Part shown: positions 38,244 through 47,828 of the stretch, in pieces
Layout: every line of letters begins with the position of its first letter
Position numbering within the stretch: the first letter of the stretch is position 1
Assembly (NCBI GenBank): GCA_003663325.1
Contig: QMZT01000002.1
Coordinates: 731-64,730 of the forward strand
DNA: 64,000 bases
Origin: Candidatus Aenigmatarchaeota archaeon
Lineage (GTDB): Archaea; Aenigmatarchaeota; Aenigmatarchaeia; QMZP01; QMZT01
Direction of reading: 5' to 3'
The notes under the pieces: model-generated
The model's input: the letters and a program-made list of their open reading frames with translations, nothing else
Database searches by the model: none
What the model was told of the DNA's origin: nothing
Translations under genes and position numbers: made by a program

Positions 38244-38578
38244 TAACAGCTGTTGCTTTCCTATGCGCCGGTATTTTTTTCCAAACAATAGGGGTTATTG
38301 CATTGTATAGATTTCCAGATGTGTACACAAGGATTCATGGGACTACGATGTGTACAACGCTTGGCTCGATTCTATTTTATATAGGCATTAGTATGTATGC
38401 ATTTTTTTCTTTTAATGAAAATTGGCTTGCCTTTACCTCACATATATTTATAACCTTGATCTTACTTTTAATAACAGCTCCAACTGGGTCGCATGCCATA
38501 GCCAGGGCTGCTTATAAAAGTGGTATAAAACCAAAAGTGGTTTTTGATAAACTGAGGGATGCAAAATGTTCGAAATAA
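38240..38578 (+). CDS. mbhC: MbhC (MnhG-like)
   Basis: 112-aa three-TM protein. Confidence 0.65.
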   Translation: MITAVAFLCAGIFFQTIGVIALYRFPDVYTRIHGTTMCTTLGSILFYIGISMYAFFSFNENWLAFTSHIFITLILLLITAPTGSHAIARAAYKSGIKPKVVFDKLRDAKCSK

Positions 38579-38817
38579 TAGAGATGATCATACTGCTGGG
38601 GGTGATATGCACTAGCGTGGCTGCAATGCTTTCAAAAGATCTTTTAGTATCGGTTGTATTGCTGGCTGCTATGAGTTTATTACTTTCTTTGGAATTTTAT
38701 ATCTTGCATGCCCCTGATGTAGCTATAGCTGAGGCTGCAATTGGCGCAGGTTTATCCACTGCCATATACATCATGGCTATAAATAAAACGGATAGGTGGG
38801 AAAATGAAAATGGCTAG
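38566..38817 (+). CDS. mbhD: MbhD (Mrp-like small membrane subunit)
   Basis: 83-aa membrane protein in the conserved position. Confidence 0.6.
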   Translation: MFEIIEMIILLGVICTSVAAMLSKDLLVSVVLLAAMSLLLSLEFYILHAPDVAIAEAAIGAGLSTAIYIMAINKTDRWENENG

Positions 38818-39082
38818 GGTTGTAACTTTAGCTCTGTTTTTTGTATTCCTCCTGATAACATCACTTGCTATGCGCCCTTTTGGAAAGCCAAGCAATACTG
38901 GAATGGATGATTACTTTATCCAAAATGGCCAAGCCCAAACAGGAAGCAATAACATCGTAACCTCTGTTGTTTTTGATTATAGAGGCATGGATACCCTTGG
39001 TGAAGCCACAGTACTTTTTGCTGCTGCAAGTGGGGTCTTGCTTATATTCCAAAGAGCAGTGACAGGTGGTAAGCATGAATGA
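38804..39082 (+). CDS. mbhE: MbhE (Mrp-like small membrane subunit)
   Basis: 92-aa membrane protein in the conserved position. Confidence 0.6.
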   Translation: MKMARVVTLALFFVFLLITSLAMRPFGKPSNTGMDDYFIQNGQAQTGSNNIVTSVVFDYRGMDTLGEATVLFAAASGVLLIFQRAVTGGKHE

Positions 39083-39533
39083 TGTGTCCTTAATAGTAAA
39101 GGTGGTAGCGTATATCCTTATTGTTCCCGTATTTATCTTTGGATCCTACGTCATATTGCATGGTCATCTAAGCCCGGGTGGTGGATTTGCAGGTGGAGCT
39201 ATCTTGGCAACACTTGTTGCGATGCTTGTTATTACATTTAGGGATGATTTTAAAGAAAACCCGCATGAGATCTTTTCTATTTTAGAATGCATCGGCATGA
39301 TCTTTTTTATCCTCCTTGCTTTTTTTGGTCTTTCATCATCATTTTTCCATAATTTCCTTGTTAATCTTAATGGTTTATTTGGCAAGCCTGTGCATTTTGG
39401 TGTAAATCCCGGATATCTAAATACTGCTGGCGTGATCCCTTTAATGAATATGGCTGTAGGTATAGAGGTATTTTCAGCATTGTCTTTGATAGTATTGATG
39501 CTTAGTATGAGGTATGGTGGTGAGAGAAAATGA
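39066..39533 (+). CDS. mbhF: MbhF (MnhB-like)
   Basis: 155-aa four-TM protein. Confidence 0.6.
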   Translation: MVSMNDVSLIVKVVAYILIVPVFIFGSYVILHGHLSPGGGFAGGAILATLVAMLVITFRDDFKENPHEIFSILECIGMIFFILLAFFGLSSSFFHNFLVNLNGLFGKPVHFGVNPGYLNTAGVIPLMNMAVGIEVFSALSLIVLMLSMRYGGERK

Positions 39534-39877
39534 TAGATATACAATTCCTAACAGTGGTTATTCTCATAAGCGTAGGCATTTCTACGCTTGTCTTTAAAAA
39601 AAATATAATAAAAATAGTAATGGGTATCGAGATTATCTCTAGCTCAATAAACCTTTTCCTCATATCTCTTGGCTATAGAGAAGGTAGCGTAGCCCCCATC
39701 TTTACAAATGCACCAAGCGTTAAAATGGTCCTTCCAACGCCACAAGCATTGACATTAACAAATATTGTTATAGATCTTGCCATTACGGCATTAATGCTTT
39801 CGCTTGCCGTTTTAATCTACAATTACTATGGAACGTTAAGTATGAAGAAATGGAGGTTGGTAGAGAGATGTTCATAA
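39530..39877 (+). CDS. mbhG: MbhG (MnhC/NuoK-like)
   Basis: 115-aa three-TM protein. Confidence 0.65.
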   Translation: MIDIQFLTVVILISVGISTLVFKKNIIKIVMGIEIISSSINLFLISLGYREGSVAPIFTNAPSVKMVLPTPQALTLTNIVIDLAITALMLSLAVLIYNYYGTLSMKKWRLVERCS

Positions 39878-41415
39878 TAGAACATTTGCCTGCCTTGGTA
39901 ATAGCAATCCCTCTATTGGCAGCCTTCATAGCGCCATTACTCAAAAGGTTTGGCAAGCATGCCGTGTCTGTATGGAGCATACTCAACCTTTCAATAGTGG
40001 AATGCTTGGTTATAGTCCTTGGTTATAGGGTAATAAAAGATGGTATTCAAAGCTATGCAATAGGTGCATCAATCCCCTCATTATTATCACCAAATGGTTT
40101 GCCTGTTAGAATCATACTGGAGGTAGATGCCATCTCCTCTTTTATGGGCTTAACCTCAATATCCATTATTTTACTTGCATGTATCTATTCTGCATGCTTT
40201 ATGAAAAAGTATAAAAGCGTTGAAAGATACTATTCACTTCTGCTCTTAATGGCAGCAGGCATTATGGGTATGGCCTTTACAGGGGATATGTTTAACATGT
40301 TCGTTTTTCTTGAAGTTCTATCCATCTCATCCGCTGGATTAATAGCCTTCTATGCTTATAAAGGTGAAGCTATAGAAGCTGCGTTCAAATATCTTGTTAT
40401 TAGTTCAATCTCCGCATTGATGGTTTTATTTGCTATCGCCCTTCTCTATGGGCAATATGGGCTTTTGAATATAGCTGCTTTAGGTGCTGCCTTTAGATTT
40501 ACAATTCTCGATAAGATAGCATTAGCTTTGTTAGTCTCTGCGTTTGTCATGAAATGTGGAGCTGTACCATTGCATATGTGGGTAGCCGATGCGTATGGAG
40601 AAGCACCCGCACCCATATCTGCAAGTCTCGTTGTTGCTAGTCAAATAAGCCTTTACGCTCTTTTCCGAATCTGCTTTACGCTTTTTGGACTACTGCCAGC
40701 GATACAAATCATAGCATGGTTCATAATATTGTTTGGTCTTGCCTCTATGTTCGTTGGCGTCACAATGGCAATGCCACAGAAGGATATAAAAAGGCTTATG
40801 GCATACCATGCCATTTCTCAGACAGGATATATGCTGCTTGGTGTTGGTGTTGGATTGGCTGTGATAAATGATATTAATGCGCTGAATGCTTTTGGTATAG
40901 CAGCTATGGAGGGCGGAATTTTCCATATTATAAATCATGCAATGTATAAAGGTTTGCTGTTTTTGGTTGCAGGTGCAATCATTTATAGAACGGGCACGAA
41001 AAATTTGAATGAAATGGGCGGTCTTGGTAACAGGATGCCTATTACAGCTGTACTTTTTTTAATAGGGATGCTTTCTATTACTGGTCTCCCACCATTTAAT
41101 GGCTTTGCATCAAAGCTTATAATATATGAATCGGTCTTTCTCTTTAACCCCATACTTTCTGTTGTAGCAATGATAGTAAGTATTTTAACCTTGGCATCAT
41201 TCGTAAAGGTTTTCTATTCAGCATTCACTGGCCAAGAGCAATCAAAATATAAAGATGTTAAGGAAATACCTGCTATTATGTTAGTGCCCTTGCTTATATT
41301 AGCTTTCCTTATAATCTTGTTCGGTTTATTTCCGGGTATCATTCTAAAATTACTTGTAAAGCCTGCCGTTCAAGCTTTATTAGACAGGGCAGGTTATATA
41401 GGGGTTGTGGTATGA
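39850..41415 (+). CDS. mbhH: MbhH (MnhD/NuoL-like antiporter-type subunit)
   Basis: 521-aa, about 14 TM, NuoL/M/N proton-pumping family. Confidence 0.8.
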   Translation: MEVGREMFIIEHLPALVIAIPLLAAFIAPLLKRFGKHAVSVWSILNLSIVECLVIVLGYRVIKDGIQSYAIGASIPSLLSPNGLPVRIILEVDAISSFMGLTSISIILLACIYSACFMKKYKSVERYYSLLLLMAAGIMGMAFTGDMFNMFVFLEVLSISSAGLIAFYAYKGEAIEAAFKYLVISSISALMVLFAIALLYGQYGLLNIAALGAAFRFTILDKIALALLVSAFVMKCGAVPLHMWVADAYGEAPAPISASLVVASQISLYALFRICFTLFGLLPAIQIIAWFIILFGLASMFVGVTMAMPQKDIKRLMAYHAISQTGYMLLGVGVGLAVINDINALNAFGIAAMEGGIFHIINHAMYKGLLFLVAGAIIYRTGTKNLNEMGGLGNRMPITAVLFLIGMLSITGLPPFNGFASKLIIYESVFLFNPILSVVAMIVSILTLASFVKVFYSAFTGQEQSKYKDVKEIPAIMLVPLLILAFLIILFGLFPGIILKLLVKPAVQALLDRAGYIGVVV

Positions 41416-41759
41416 TGATGACAACGCTCAGCACTATCAGGGGTTTTTGGGATCCAGTATTATGGATGGCGGCATTTATAATTGTAATAGTAATTACATG
41501 CTATATCCGATCACTAGGAAAGGAGGAATATAAGAGAGGTACAGAGCAAACTATGGTATTCTTTTCTGGAAACATACCCCCAAAAGAGTTGATAAGCTCT
41601 AGCAATATTTATTGGGGGTTTTTTAAAGCAATGGAAAAATATTATACATGCATAAGAAGATTTCATACGGGTATGGTAAATGATTATGTCTATTATTTTA
41701 TCGTTATAGTTATCGTGATTATAGCAAGCTTGATAATCGGAGGGGTATTATGGATGTAA
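41412..41759 (+). CDS. mbhI: MbhI (small membrane subunit specific to Mbh-type complexes)
   Basis: 115-aa two-TM protein between mbhH and mbhJ. Confidence 0.6.
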   Translation: MMMTTLSTIRGFWDPVLWMAAFIIVIVITCYIRSLGKEEYKRGTEQTMVFFSGNIPPKELISSSNIYWGFFKAMEKYYTCIRRFHTGMVNDYVYYFIVIVIVIIASLIIGGVLWM

Positions 41760-42181
41760 AAGCCTTCAATAGGTCTTTATGGGTATTCCACGTTAACACA
41801 GGTTCGTGTAATGGTTGCGATATAGAGATTATAGCAGCTTTGACTCCAAGATATGATGTGGAGCGATTTGGTATAAAGCTTGTAGGAACACCCAGGCATG
41901 CGGATGTTTTGTTGGTAACAGGACCTGTAACAAGAGAAATGGCAAAAAAACTTAAAAGGATATATGATCAGGTTCCAGATCCCAAAGCCGTAATGGTGGT
42001 TGGAAATTGTGGTTCAACAGGCGGTGTTTTCTATGAGTCCTACAACCTTGTTGGACCTGTAGATAAAATAATACCTGTCGATGTTTACGTTCCTGGTTGC
42101 CCACCAAGACCAGAAGCAATTATCCAAGGCGTGATAAAACTTTGGGAGAAATTGGAAGATAAGAGGCGAGGAAAATGTTAA
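41750..42181 (+). CDS. mbhJ: MbhJ, [NiFe]-hydrogenase small subunit (NuoB-like, proximal 4Fe-4S cluster)
   Basis: Cluster Cys ligands: …GSCNGCDIEII…, …GNCGSTGG…, …PGCPPRPE…. Confidence 0.85.
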   Translation: MDVKAFNRSLWVFHVNTGSCNGCDIEIIAALTPRYDVERFGIKLVGTPRHADVLLVTGPVTREMAKKLKRIYDQVPDPKAVMVVGNCGSTGGVFYESYNLVGPVDKIIPVDVYVPGCPPRPEAIIQGVIKLWEKLEDKRRGKC

Positions 42182-42681
42182 AAGATATTTTAGATTCATT
42201 TAAAAGAGAGCTTGGAGAAAAGATTATAGAAGCGAGGATCGAGGAAAAGGTAAAGGGAGAAAAAAGGTTATGGCTGGTGGTTAGGAAGGATTCATTTAAG
42301 CGTGTCGTAAAGCATTTATTTTTAGCATATCCAAATACACGTTTTGCTGTTGCTTCTGGTTATGATGCAGACACTCATATAACGCTGATTTATCATTTCT
42401 TTGTCAGCTTAGAGGGTAAAGCAGGAGATGCATCCGTAAATATAAAGGTCGATGTACCGAAAAACAATCCTGTGCTGCCTACTATTACAGATATTGTTCC
42501 AGGCGCGTTAATATCTGAGAGGGAATTGCAAGAAATGCTTGGTGTAAAGATTAAAGATATCCCTGATCCAAGACGTATATTTTTATCAAACGATTTTCCA
42601 AAAGGCATATATCCGTGGAGAAGGGATGAATACGGCCCAGAAAGGATTGTTAGAGATTTGCATAGAGGTGATAAAGAATGA
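42175..42681 (+). CDS. mbhK: MbhK (NuoC-like)
   Basis: 168-aa NuoC/HycE-N-domain-like protein between the small and large subunits. Confidence 0.75.
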   Translation: MLKDILDSFKRELGEKIIEARIEEKVKGEKRLWLVVRKDSFKRVVKHLFLAYPNTRFAVASGYDADTHITLIYHFFVSLEGKAGDASVNIKVDVPKNNPVLPTITDIVPGALISERELQEMLGVKIKDIPDPRRIFLSNDFPKGIYPWRRDEYGPERIVRDLHRGDKE

Positions 42682-43931
42682 AAAAAATAGCTGACACTGG
42701 CAATGAGCAAAATTCGTTCACATTTTGTGTAGGCCCGGTTCATCCCGCCCTTAAAGAACCGTTGCAATTCACTTTTAAAATAGAAGGGGAAAGGGTTAAA
42801 AAAGTAGACTTTATGCTTAGTCACGTACATAGAGGAATAGAATGGATGGGGACAAGGCGCAACCCAATACAAATTATTTATCTTGCAGAAAGGATATGTG
42901 GAATATGTAACATATCGCATCCATTTGCGTTCTGTAGAGCAGTAGAAAGCGTGGCAGGAATAGAAGTACCACCCAGAGCAGAGTATATAAGGACCATCAA
43001 CGCTGAGCTTGAGAGGATACATTCTCATTTACTATGGGCTGGTATTGCAGCACATGAATTGGGATTTGACTCGGTATTGCATTATATATTAAAGGCAAGG
43101 GAAAGGGTTCTTGATATTATTGAATACATCACAGGAAACAGGATAACCAAAGGTATCATGATGATCGGTGGTGTGAGAAGGGATATTTCAAAAAAACAGT
43201 ATAGAAAAATAATAGAGGCCATGGAGTATTATAAAAAGCAGGTCAAGAAAATAAGCGATATTCTTTTAAAGGATCATGTTGTAAAGGCTAGAACAATAAA
43301 TACTGGGATTCTAAGTAAAGCAGATGCTATAAAATTATGCGCTGTGGGTCCAACAGCAAGGGCAAGTGGTGTTAAAAGAGATGTGAGGCAGGATGAGCCA
43401 TACGCCGCGTATAAGTACTTAGATGTGGAGGCAATAACACCAGCAACCATAGGAAAAGAAACAAGAGGGGACGTATATGATAGAACATTGGTAAGGCTTG
43501 CAGAAATAAGGCAATCTGTTAATATAATCGTTGAATGTTTAAAGAGCATGCCCGAAGGAAAAATAGCATATGAAGATAAAATACCAAAACTTTTAGCTGA
43601 ACTAAAAAGCGTTGAAGGTGAAGGTATAGGTAGACATGAAGCGCCACGTGGAGAGGTTTTGCATTACATTAAGCTAATTGGAAATGAGACCTTATTCTCG
43701 TGGAAGGTTAGAGCCCCAACCTATGCCAATTTACTTTCATGGGTTCCGATGCTCTTAGGTGCGCAGATAGCTGACATACCAATCATAGCGGCATCAACCG
43801 ATCCATGTTTATCATGCACCAACAGAGCTGTTATTACAAAGCATGGCAAGCATGTTGTTATTGATCATGAAGCCTTGCATGAGCTTTCGGTTAAAAAAAC
43901 CTTGGCATTGAGAAAGGTGAAGCATGATTGA
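42678..43931 (+). CDS. mbhL: MbhL, group-4 [NiFe]-hydrogenase large subunit (NuoD-like)
   Basis: N-terminal Ni-Fe motif …ERICGICNISH… (RxCGxCxxxH) and C-terminal …DPCLSCTNR (DPCxxCxxR, as in E. coli HycE). Confidence 0.85.
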   Translation: MKKIADTGNEQNSFTFCVGPVHPALKEPLQFTFKIEGERVKKVDFMLSHVHRGIEWMGTRRNPIQIIYLAERICGICNISHPFAFCRAVESVAGIEVPPRAEYIRTINAELERIHSHLLWAGIAAHELGFDSVLHYILKARERVLDIIEYITGNRITKGIMMIGGVRRDISKKQYRKIIEAMEYYKKQVKKISDILLKDHVVKARTINTGILSKADAIKLCAVGPTARASGVKRDVRQDEPYAAYKYLDVEAITPATIGKETRGDVYDRTLVRLAEIRQSVNIIVECLKSMPEGKIAYEDKIPKLLAELKSVEGEGIGRHEAPRGEVLHYIKLIGNETLFSWKVRAPTYANLLSWVPMLLGAQIADIPIIAASTDPCLSCTNRAVITKHGKHVVIDHEALHELSVKKTLALRKVKHD

Positions 43932-44919
43932 GATCGTGTACAAGATCGGCATGGTGCCTGTAATTGCTGTGTTAGGCATTGTTTTAGGTTTGCTTTACAA
44001 TGGTATTGATAGGAAGCTGGCTGCAAGGATGCAATCCAGGGTTGGACCACCTATAATTCAGCCCTTTATAGATATAAAAAAATTGCTAATGAAAGAGAGC
44101 ATAGTGCCAAGGCATGCGATAAAATGGCTTTTTAATCTAATGCCTGTATTGGCTCTTTCTGCTTCCCTATTAACCTTGTTGTATATACCGTTCTGTGGCA
44201 TTGGGCCTGCTTTTGAAGGCTACGGAGACCTTGTACTTGTCCTATACCTGCTTGTTTTACCGCCATTAGCTATAACCCTCGGGGCTTTTGCCTCTGGCTC
44301 ACACTATGCTACAATTGGGGCACAAAGAGAAATGGTAACCATGATAAGTTACGAATTACCCCTAGCCATAGCCATTGTTTCTGTGGCATGGCTACTTTCC
44401 ATGGCAAATCCATCCTTACCTGTATTTTCCTTAAGTGTAATCTCAAACAACCCTATTTGGAACTTTACCACCCCGCTTAGTTTTCTCGGCCTGCTTATAA
44501 TATTCATAGCTTTGCTTCTAGTTATACCAGGTGAGCTTGGAAAGACACCGTTTGATGTTGCGGAAGCTGAAACAGAGATTGCAGAAGGTGTGTTTGCGGA
44601 ATACTCTGGAAGGAATCTTGCCCTCTTTTATTTGGCAAATGCCGTAAGAACCATAGCCATAGCATCCCTTATCATAGCTATATTCCTACCTTGGAATCTT
44701 TCTACCTTCTTTAATTTCTCATACTTAAGCCTGTTATTTGATGCACTCTTTTTCTTAATAAAATTATTTGTAATTATCTTCATAAGCTCGGTATTTATCA
44801 GGGTTATTGTGCCCAGGCTAAGGATAACCCAAGTAGTTTCCACATATTGGTTTTATACCACTCTAATAGCATTGCTTGGGATGTTATTAATATGGATTGG
44901 CTGTTGTTTAAAGGGGTGA
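43924..44919 (+). CDS. mbhM: MbhM (NuoH-like membrane subunit)
   Basis: 331-aa eight-TM NuoH/HycD-like protein. Confidence 0.8.
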   Translation: MIEIVYKIGMVPVIAVLGIVLGLLYNGIDRKLAARMQSRVGPPIIQPFIDIKKLLMKESIVPRHAIKWLFNLMPVLALSASLLTLLYIPFCGIGPAFEGYGDLVLVLYLLVLPPLAITLGAFASGSHYATIGAQREMVTMISYELPLAIAIVSVAWLLSMANPSLPVFSLSVISNNPIWNFTTPLSFLGLLIIFIALLLVIPGELGKTPFDVAEAETEIAEGVFAEYSGRNLALFYLANAVRTIAIASLIIAIFLPWNLSTFFNFSYLSLLFDALFFLIKLFVIIFISSVFIRVIVPRLRITQVVSTYWFYTTLIALLGMLLIWIGCCLKG

Positions 44920-44924
44920 TGTAA

Positions 44925-45302
44925 GTGATTGTAATTGCAAAAGAGCTTGTAAAGCAGCTTTTGAAAAAACCATTTACCAATCTGTTCCCAGCAAAATACG
45001 CACCAAAATCTATAAAACAATTCCTTAGAGATGCTAAAGAGGGCAAGGTGAAGCTTAATCCTCCTGTAGTTGTCCCGCCAAATTTTAGGGGAAAGATCGA
45101 ATATGATGAGAAAAAATGTATTAGATGCAAGCTATGCACACGTGTATGCCCTGCTAAAGCACTCGAATATGTGGAGAAAGAGAATATAATCAAATATCAC
45201 CTTTTCAGATGTGCATTTTGTGGTCAGTGTGTAGATGTGTGTCCAACAGGTGCTCTTAAGCTTACCAAAGAATTTCTATTAGCTGGGTACAAAAAAGACT
45301 AG
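44925..45302 (+). CDS. mbhN: MbhN (NuoI-like 2x[4Fe-4S] ferredoxin subunit)
   Basis: …CIRCKLCTRVCP… and …CAFCGQCVDVCP…. Confidence 0.85.
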   Translation: MIVIAKELVKQLLKKPFTNLFPAKYAPKSIKQFLRDAKEGKVKLNPPVVVPPNFRGKIEYDEKKCIRCKLCTRVCPAKALEYVEKENIIKYHLFRCAFCGQCVDVCPTGALKLTKEFLLAGYKKD

Positions 45303-45776
45303 CTAATAACTCAGCGTCTTTATTGTTTCTATCTCATCTCTTTTCAAAATATCTATTAATTTTTCCTTAGCTTCTTTCACTTCAGGAGATATCCCGCCCT
45401 TCAATTTAATTTCTCCTATCTGTATCCCAATAAATACTATTTTTTCTACGTATCTTTCTAGGTAAGACACAATATATTTCAATGGAATACCATGAGTACC
45501 AAATGCATTGGAAAGAAGCATATCTTTTGGTATAATCCTAAATTCTCCTACTGGCAAGCTCATATTGGCTGCATCTACTATTACAAGCATTTTTGGCCTT
45601 CTTTTCTTAACTATACCAATAAAATTCTCTGGAACTGTTTCACAGGCAAGAGAAAGCCATCCCTTGGAGCTAAACTCCCTTGCTATTATGTTTCCTATGC
45701 CTTCATCACCTTTAAGTTCATTTCCTATTCCCATTAGAATTTTTTCTACCTTGCTCTTATCCTTTTTATGAGACAC
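45303..45776 (-). CDS. hycI: [NiFe]-hydrogenase maturation endopeptidase (HycI/HyaD family)
   Basis: …MGIGNELKGDEGIGNIIA… (GxGNxxxGDDGxG-type motif). The true start is probably the internal Met at about 45734, which avoids overlap with hypA. Confidence 0.75.
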   Translation of the reverse strand: MSHKKDKSKVEKILMGIGNELKGDEGIGNIIAREFSSKGWLSLACETVPENFIGIVKKRRPKMLVIVDAANMSLPVGEFRIIPKDMLLSNAFGTHGIPLKYIVSYLERYVEKIVFIGIQIGEIKLKGGISPEVKEAKEKLIDILKRDEIETIKTLSY

Positions 45777-46117
45777 TCATTCCCACCGTTAATTTTGATT
45801 TTGTTTGAATTGCAAGCTGGGCATGAGATATCATGTATTCCATAATGAAAAAGCTGGCTATCTTTAACATGCTCCAAACTACCTTTAAACCCACATTCGC
45901 ACTCTATTTTTGGTTTAGCTATGTGTATATCAATCTTTATCTCCAAATCGCCCAGCTCTTTCTTAAGAATCTCTTCAATGTAGAATTTTACGTTCTCTAT
46001 ATTATGGTATCTTAATAAGCCAAGCACCACGCTTATTTCTATTTTTTTTATATCCTTTCCTTTAATTTTTTTAATAACCTCCTCTGCAATAATTTGTGCA
46101 GCTGATATATCATGCAT
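45746..46117 (-). CDS. hypA: hydrogenase nickel-insertion protein HypA
   Basis: N-terminal MHD(E)… metal-binding start and C-terminal zinc finger …CECG…CPACNS…. Confidence 0.75.
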   Translation of the reverse strand: MHDISAAQIIAEEVIKKIKGKDIKKIEISVVLGLLRYHNIENVKFYIEEILKKELGDLEIKIDIHIAKPKIECECGFKGSLEHVKDSQLFHYGIHDISCPACNSNKIKINGGNECLIKRIRAR

Positions 46118-46149
46118 ATCTATAGTAGCTGGTTAAGATATAAATATAA

Positions 46150-46896
46150 CTATATATTAAACACCTTTTTTGCATTTCTAAGCGCATGCGCTAATATCTC
46201 ATCCTCAGAGGCGTGCCTAAGCTCGGCTATCTTTCTTGCAGCCAGCTTTATATTCCATGGATAGTTTCTTTTATCTAACTCTTTATTTGGGGCGAGAAAA
46301 GGTGAATCCGTCTCAAGCAATATCCTATTGCTTGGCAACATTTTTGCTATCTTTCTTACATTTTTAGAGAATAAAACCTGCGTTGATATGGATATGTAAA
46401 AGCCATTATCTATTATCCTCTCTGCAAGATCCCTTTTCCCATTAAAGCAATGAAATATTGCGCTAACAGGCTTATCTTTGATCATATTGAAGCACTCTTC
46501 TTCAGCATCCCACGTATGCAATACTAAAGGTTTTTCCAGCTCTTCTGCAAGCGCTATAAATTTTGAGAATATCTTTGCCTGCTCTTTTCTTTTTATCTCG
46601 TCTTTAACCCAATGGTAGTCCATTCCCACCTCTCCTATACCAACAATACTTTCTCTATTATCATGTACGAGTCTAATTATCCTATCAACTTGCGAAAAAT
46701 CCTCCGTCGGATGTAAACCTATTGTCGGAAAAAGAAAGCCTGCATGCCTTTTTGATAATTTAAGTGCACACAGCGCTTCATCATAGCGTGCCGTACCTAT
46801 AACAACACCTAATAGCTCTTGCTTGCATTTCTCTATAATTACTTCTCTATCATCTTCAAAATCAGGGAAGCAGAGGTGTGCATGGATATCGATCAT
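46150..46896 (-). CDS. tatD: TatD-family metal-dependent deoxyribonuclease/hydrolase
   Basis: MIDIHAHLCFPDFEDD… HxH motif and TIM-barrel TatD motifs. Confidence 0.85.
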   Translation of the reverse strand: MIDIHAHLCFPDFEDDREVIIEKCKQELLGVVIGTARYDEALCALKLSKRHAGFLFPTIGLHPTEDFSQVDRIIRLVHDNRESIVGIGEVGMDYHWVKDEIKRKEQAKIFSKFIALAEELEKPLVLHTWDAEEECFNMIKDKPVSAIFHCFNGKRDLAERIIDNGFYISISTQVLFSKNVRKIAKMLPSNRILLETDSPFLAPNKELDKRNYPWNIKLAARKIAELRHASEDEILAHALRNAKKVFNI

Positions 46897-46998
46897 ATAA
46901 AAATTTTATTGATATTAGATAACTTATAAGCTTATCCTGTTATATTAAGCGTTACCATATAGTAGTAAAATATAAATATTTTTCTGCTAATCTATTTT

Positions 46999-47805
46999 AT
47001 GGAAAAGCCCTTAGCAATAGAAAGATGCAGGCAGGTATATAGCTCATTAGATGAGGATCAACAGATATATCTAGAGGGACTTATTCGTAGCTACATAAAT
47101 AGTGAGCTTAATAGAAGGTTTTTAAGAACCGGTTACAATTTTCTTAAGGAATTAGTAGCTAGTGCAAATATCATTTATGCCGGAATAAGAGGTTCAACAT
47201 CTATGGGAGAATGTAAGTTAGGAGACGATATAGATACAATTATTTTTTGCGACGAGCATGATGTTAAGGAGGTTAAATATGTGTGTGAAGAGTTGGGAAA
47301 GAAGCATGCTGAGAGTTTACTTAAAGATGGTATAGTTAGAGAAAATGATCCAATAGTGTGGTTTATTGGTACGAGGGAAGATTACGAATATTACAAGGTA
47401 GCTCCAACTGTGCTTGATATCAGGAAAATGGACTTCGTAACGCTATCTGAAACGACAAGAGCAGGATATATAATAGAGGCATTCTCACGCCTGCTCTACT
47501 CAACACCGTTTTATCGTGGTTTGCTTGAGGATTATACACAAAATCCGTTTCCTGTTGTAGAGAGGTTTATAAAATCTATGGAAAGGAAGTGTGTGCCAAG
47601 AATTATACTTAGCTTGGCTGATGGTTGTAAAAAGAAAAGAAAAGCATTAGCAAAGGCGAGAAAATTTATAGGCTATACATTGTTCTTTTCTTTGGCAAGA
47701 CCTACAGGGATACATCTCCATTTTGATGATGATTTTGAAAAACATAAAATAGTAGAGGCCAGGGATAACTACTTATTTTATGCTTTAGAAAACGGTATTA
47801 TTTAA
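46999..47805 (+). CDS. Pol-beta-fold nucleotidyltransferase-like protein of unknown function
   Basis: …YAGIRGSTSMGECKLGDDIDTIIF… (hG[GS]…DxD NTase signature); no partner domain recognised. Confidence 0.4.
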   Translation: MEKPLAIERCRQVYSSLDEDQQIYLEGLIRSYINSELNRRFLRTGYNFLKELVASANIIYAGIRGSTSMGECKLGDDIDTIIFCDEHDVKEVKYVCEELGKKHAESLLKDGIVRENDPIVWFIGTREDYEYYKVAPTVLDIRKMDFVTLSETTRAGYIIEAFSRLLYSTPFYRGLLEDYTQNPFPVVERFIKSMERKCVPRIILSLADGCKKKRKALAKARKFIGYTLFFSLARPTGIHLHFDDDFEKHKIVEARDNYLFYALENGII

Positions 47806-47828
47806 AGAAAAACAGAACAATAAATATT

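Noticed and set aside
37477-45302. Alternative assignment of the hydrogenase-like operon as Mbx/Mbs (sulfane reductase), formate hydrogenlyase or complex I
   Set aside because: The fourteen genes include an MbhI-sized gene, and order and sizes match mbhA-N. The large subunit keeps both canonical Ni-binding Cys motifs. There are no NuoE/F/G-like genes or formate dehydrogenase nearby. Kept as Mbh, pending phylogeny.
45734-45776. 31-nt overlap between hypA and the annotated start of hycI
   Set aside because: The HycI protease motif begins at the internal Met (MGIGNELKGDEGIG). Using that start removes the overlap, so the longer N-terminus is probably ORF over-extension.
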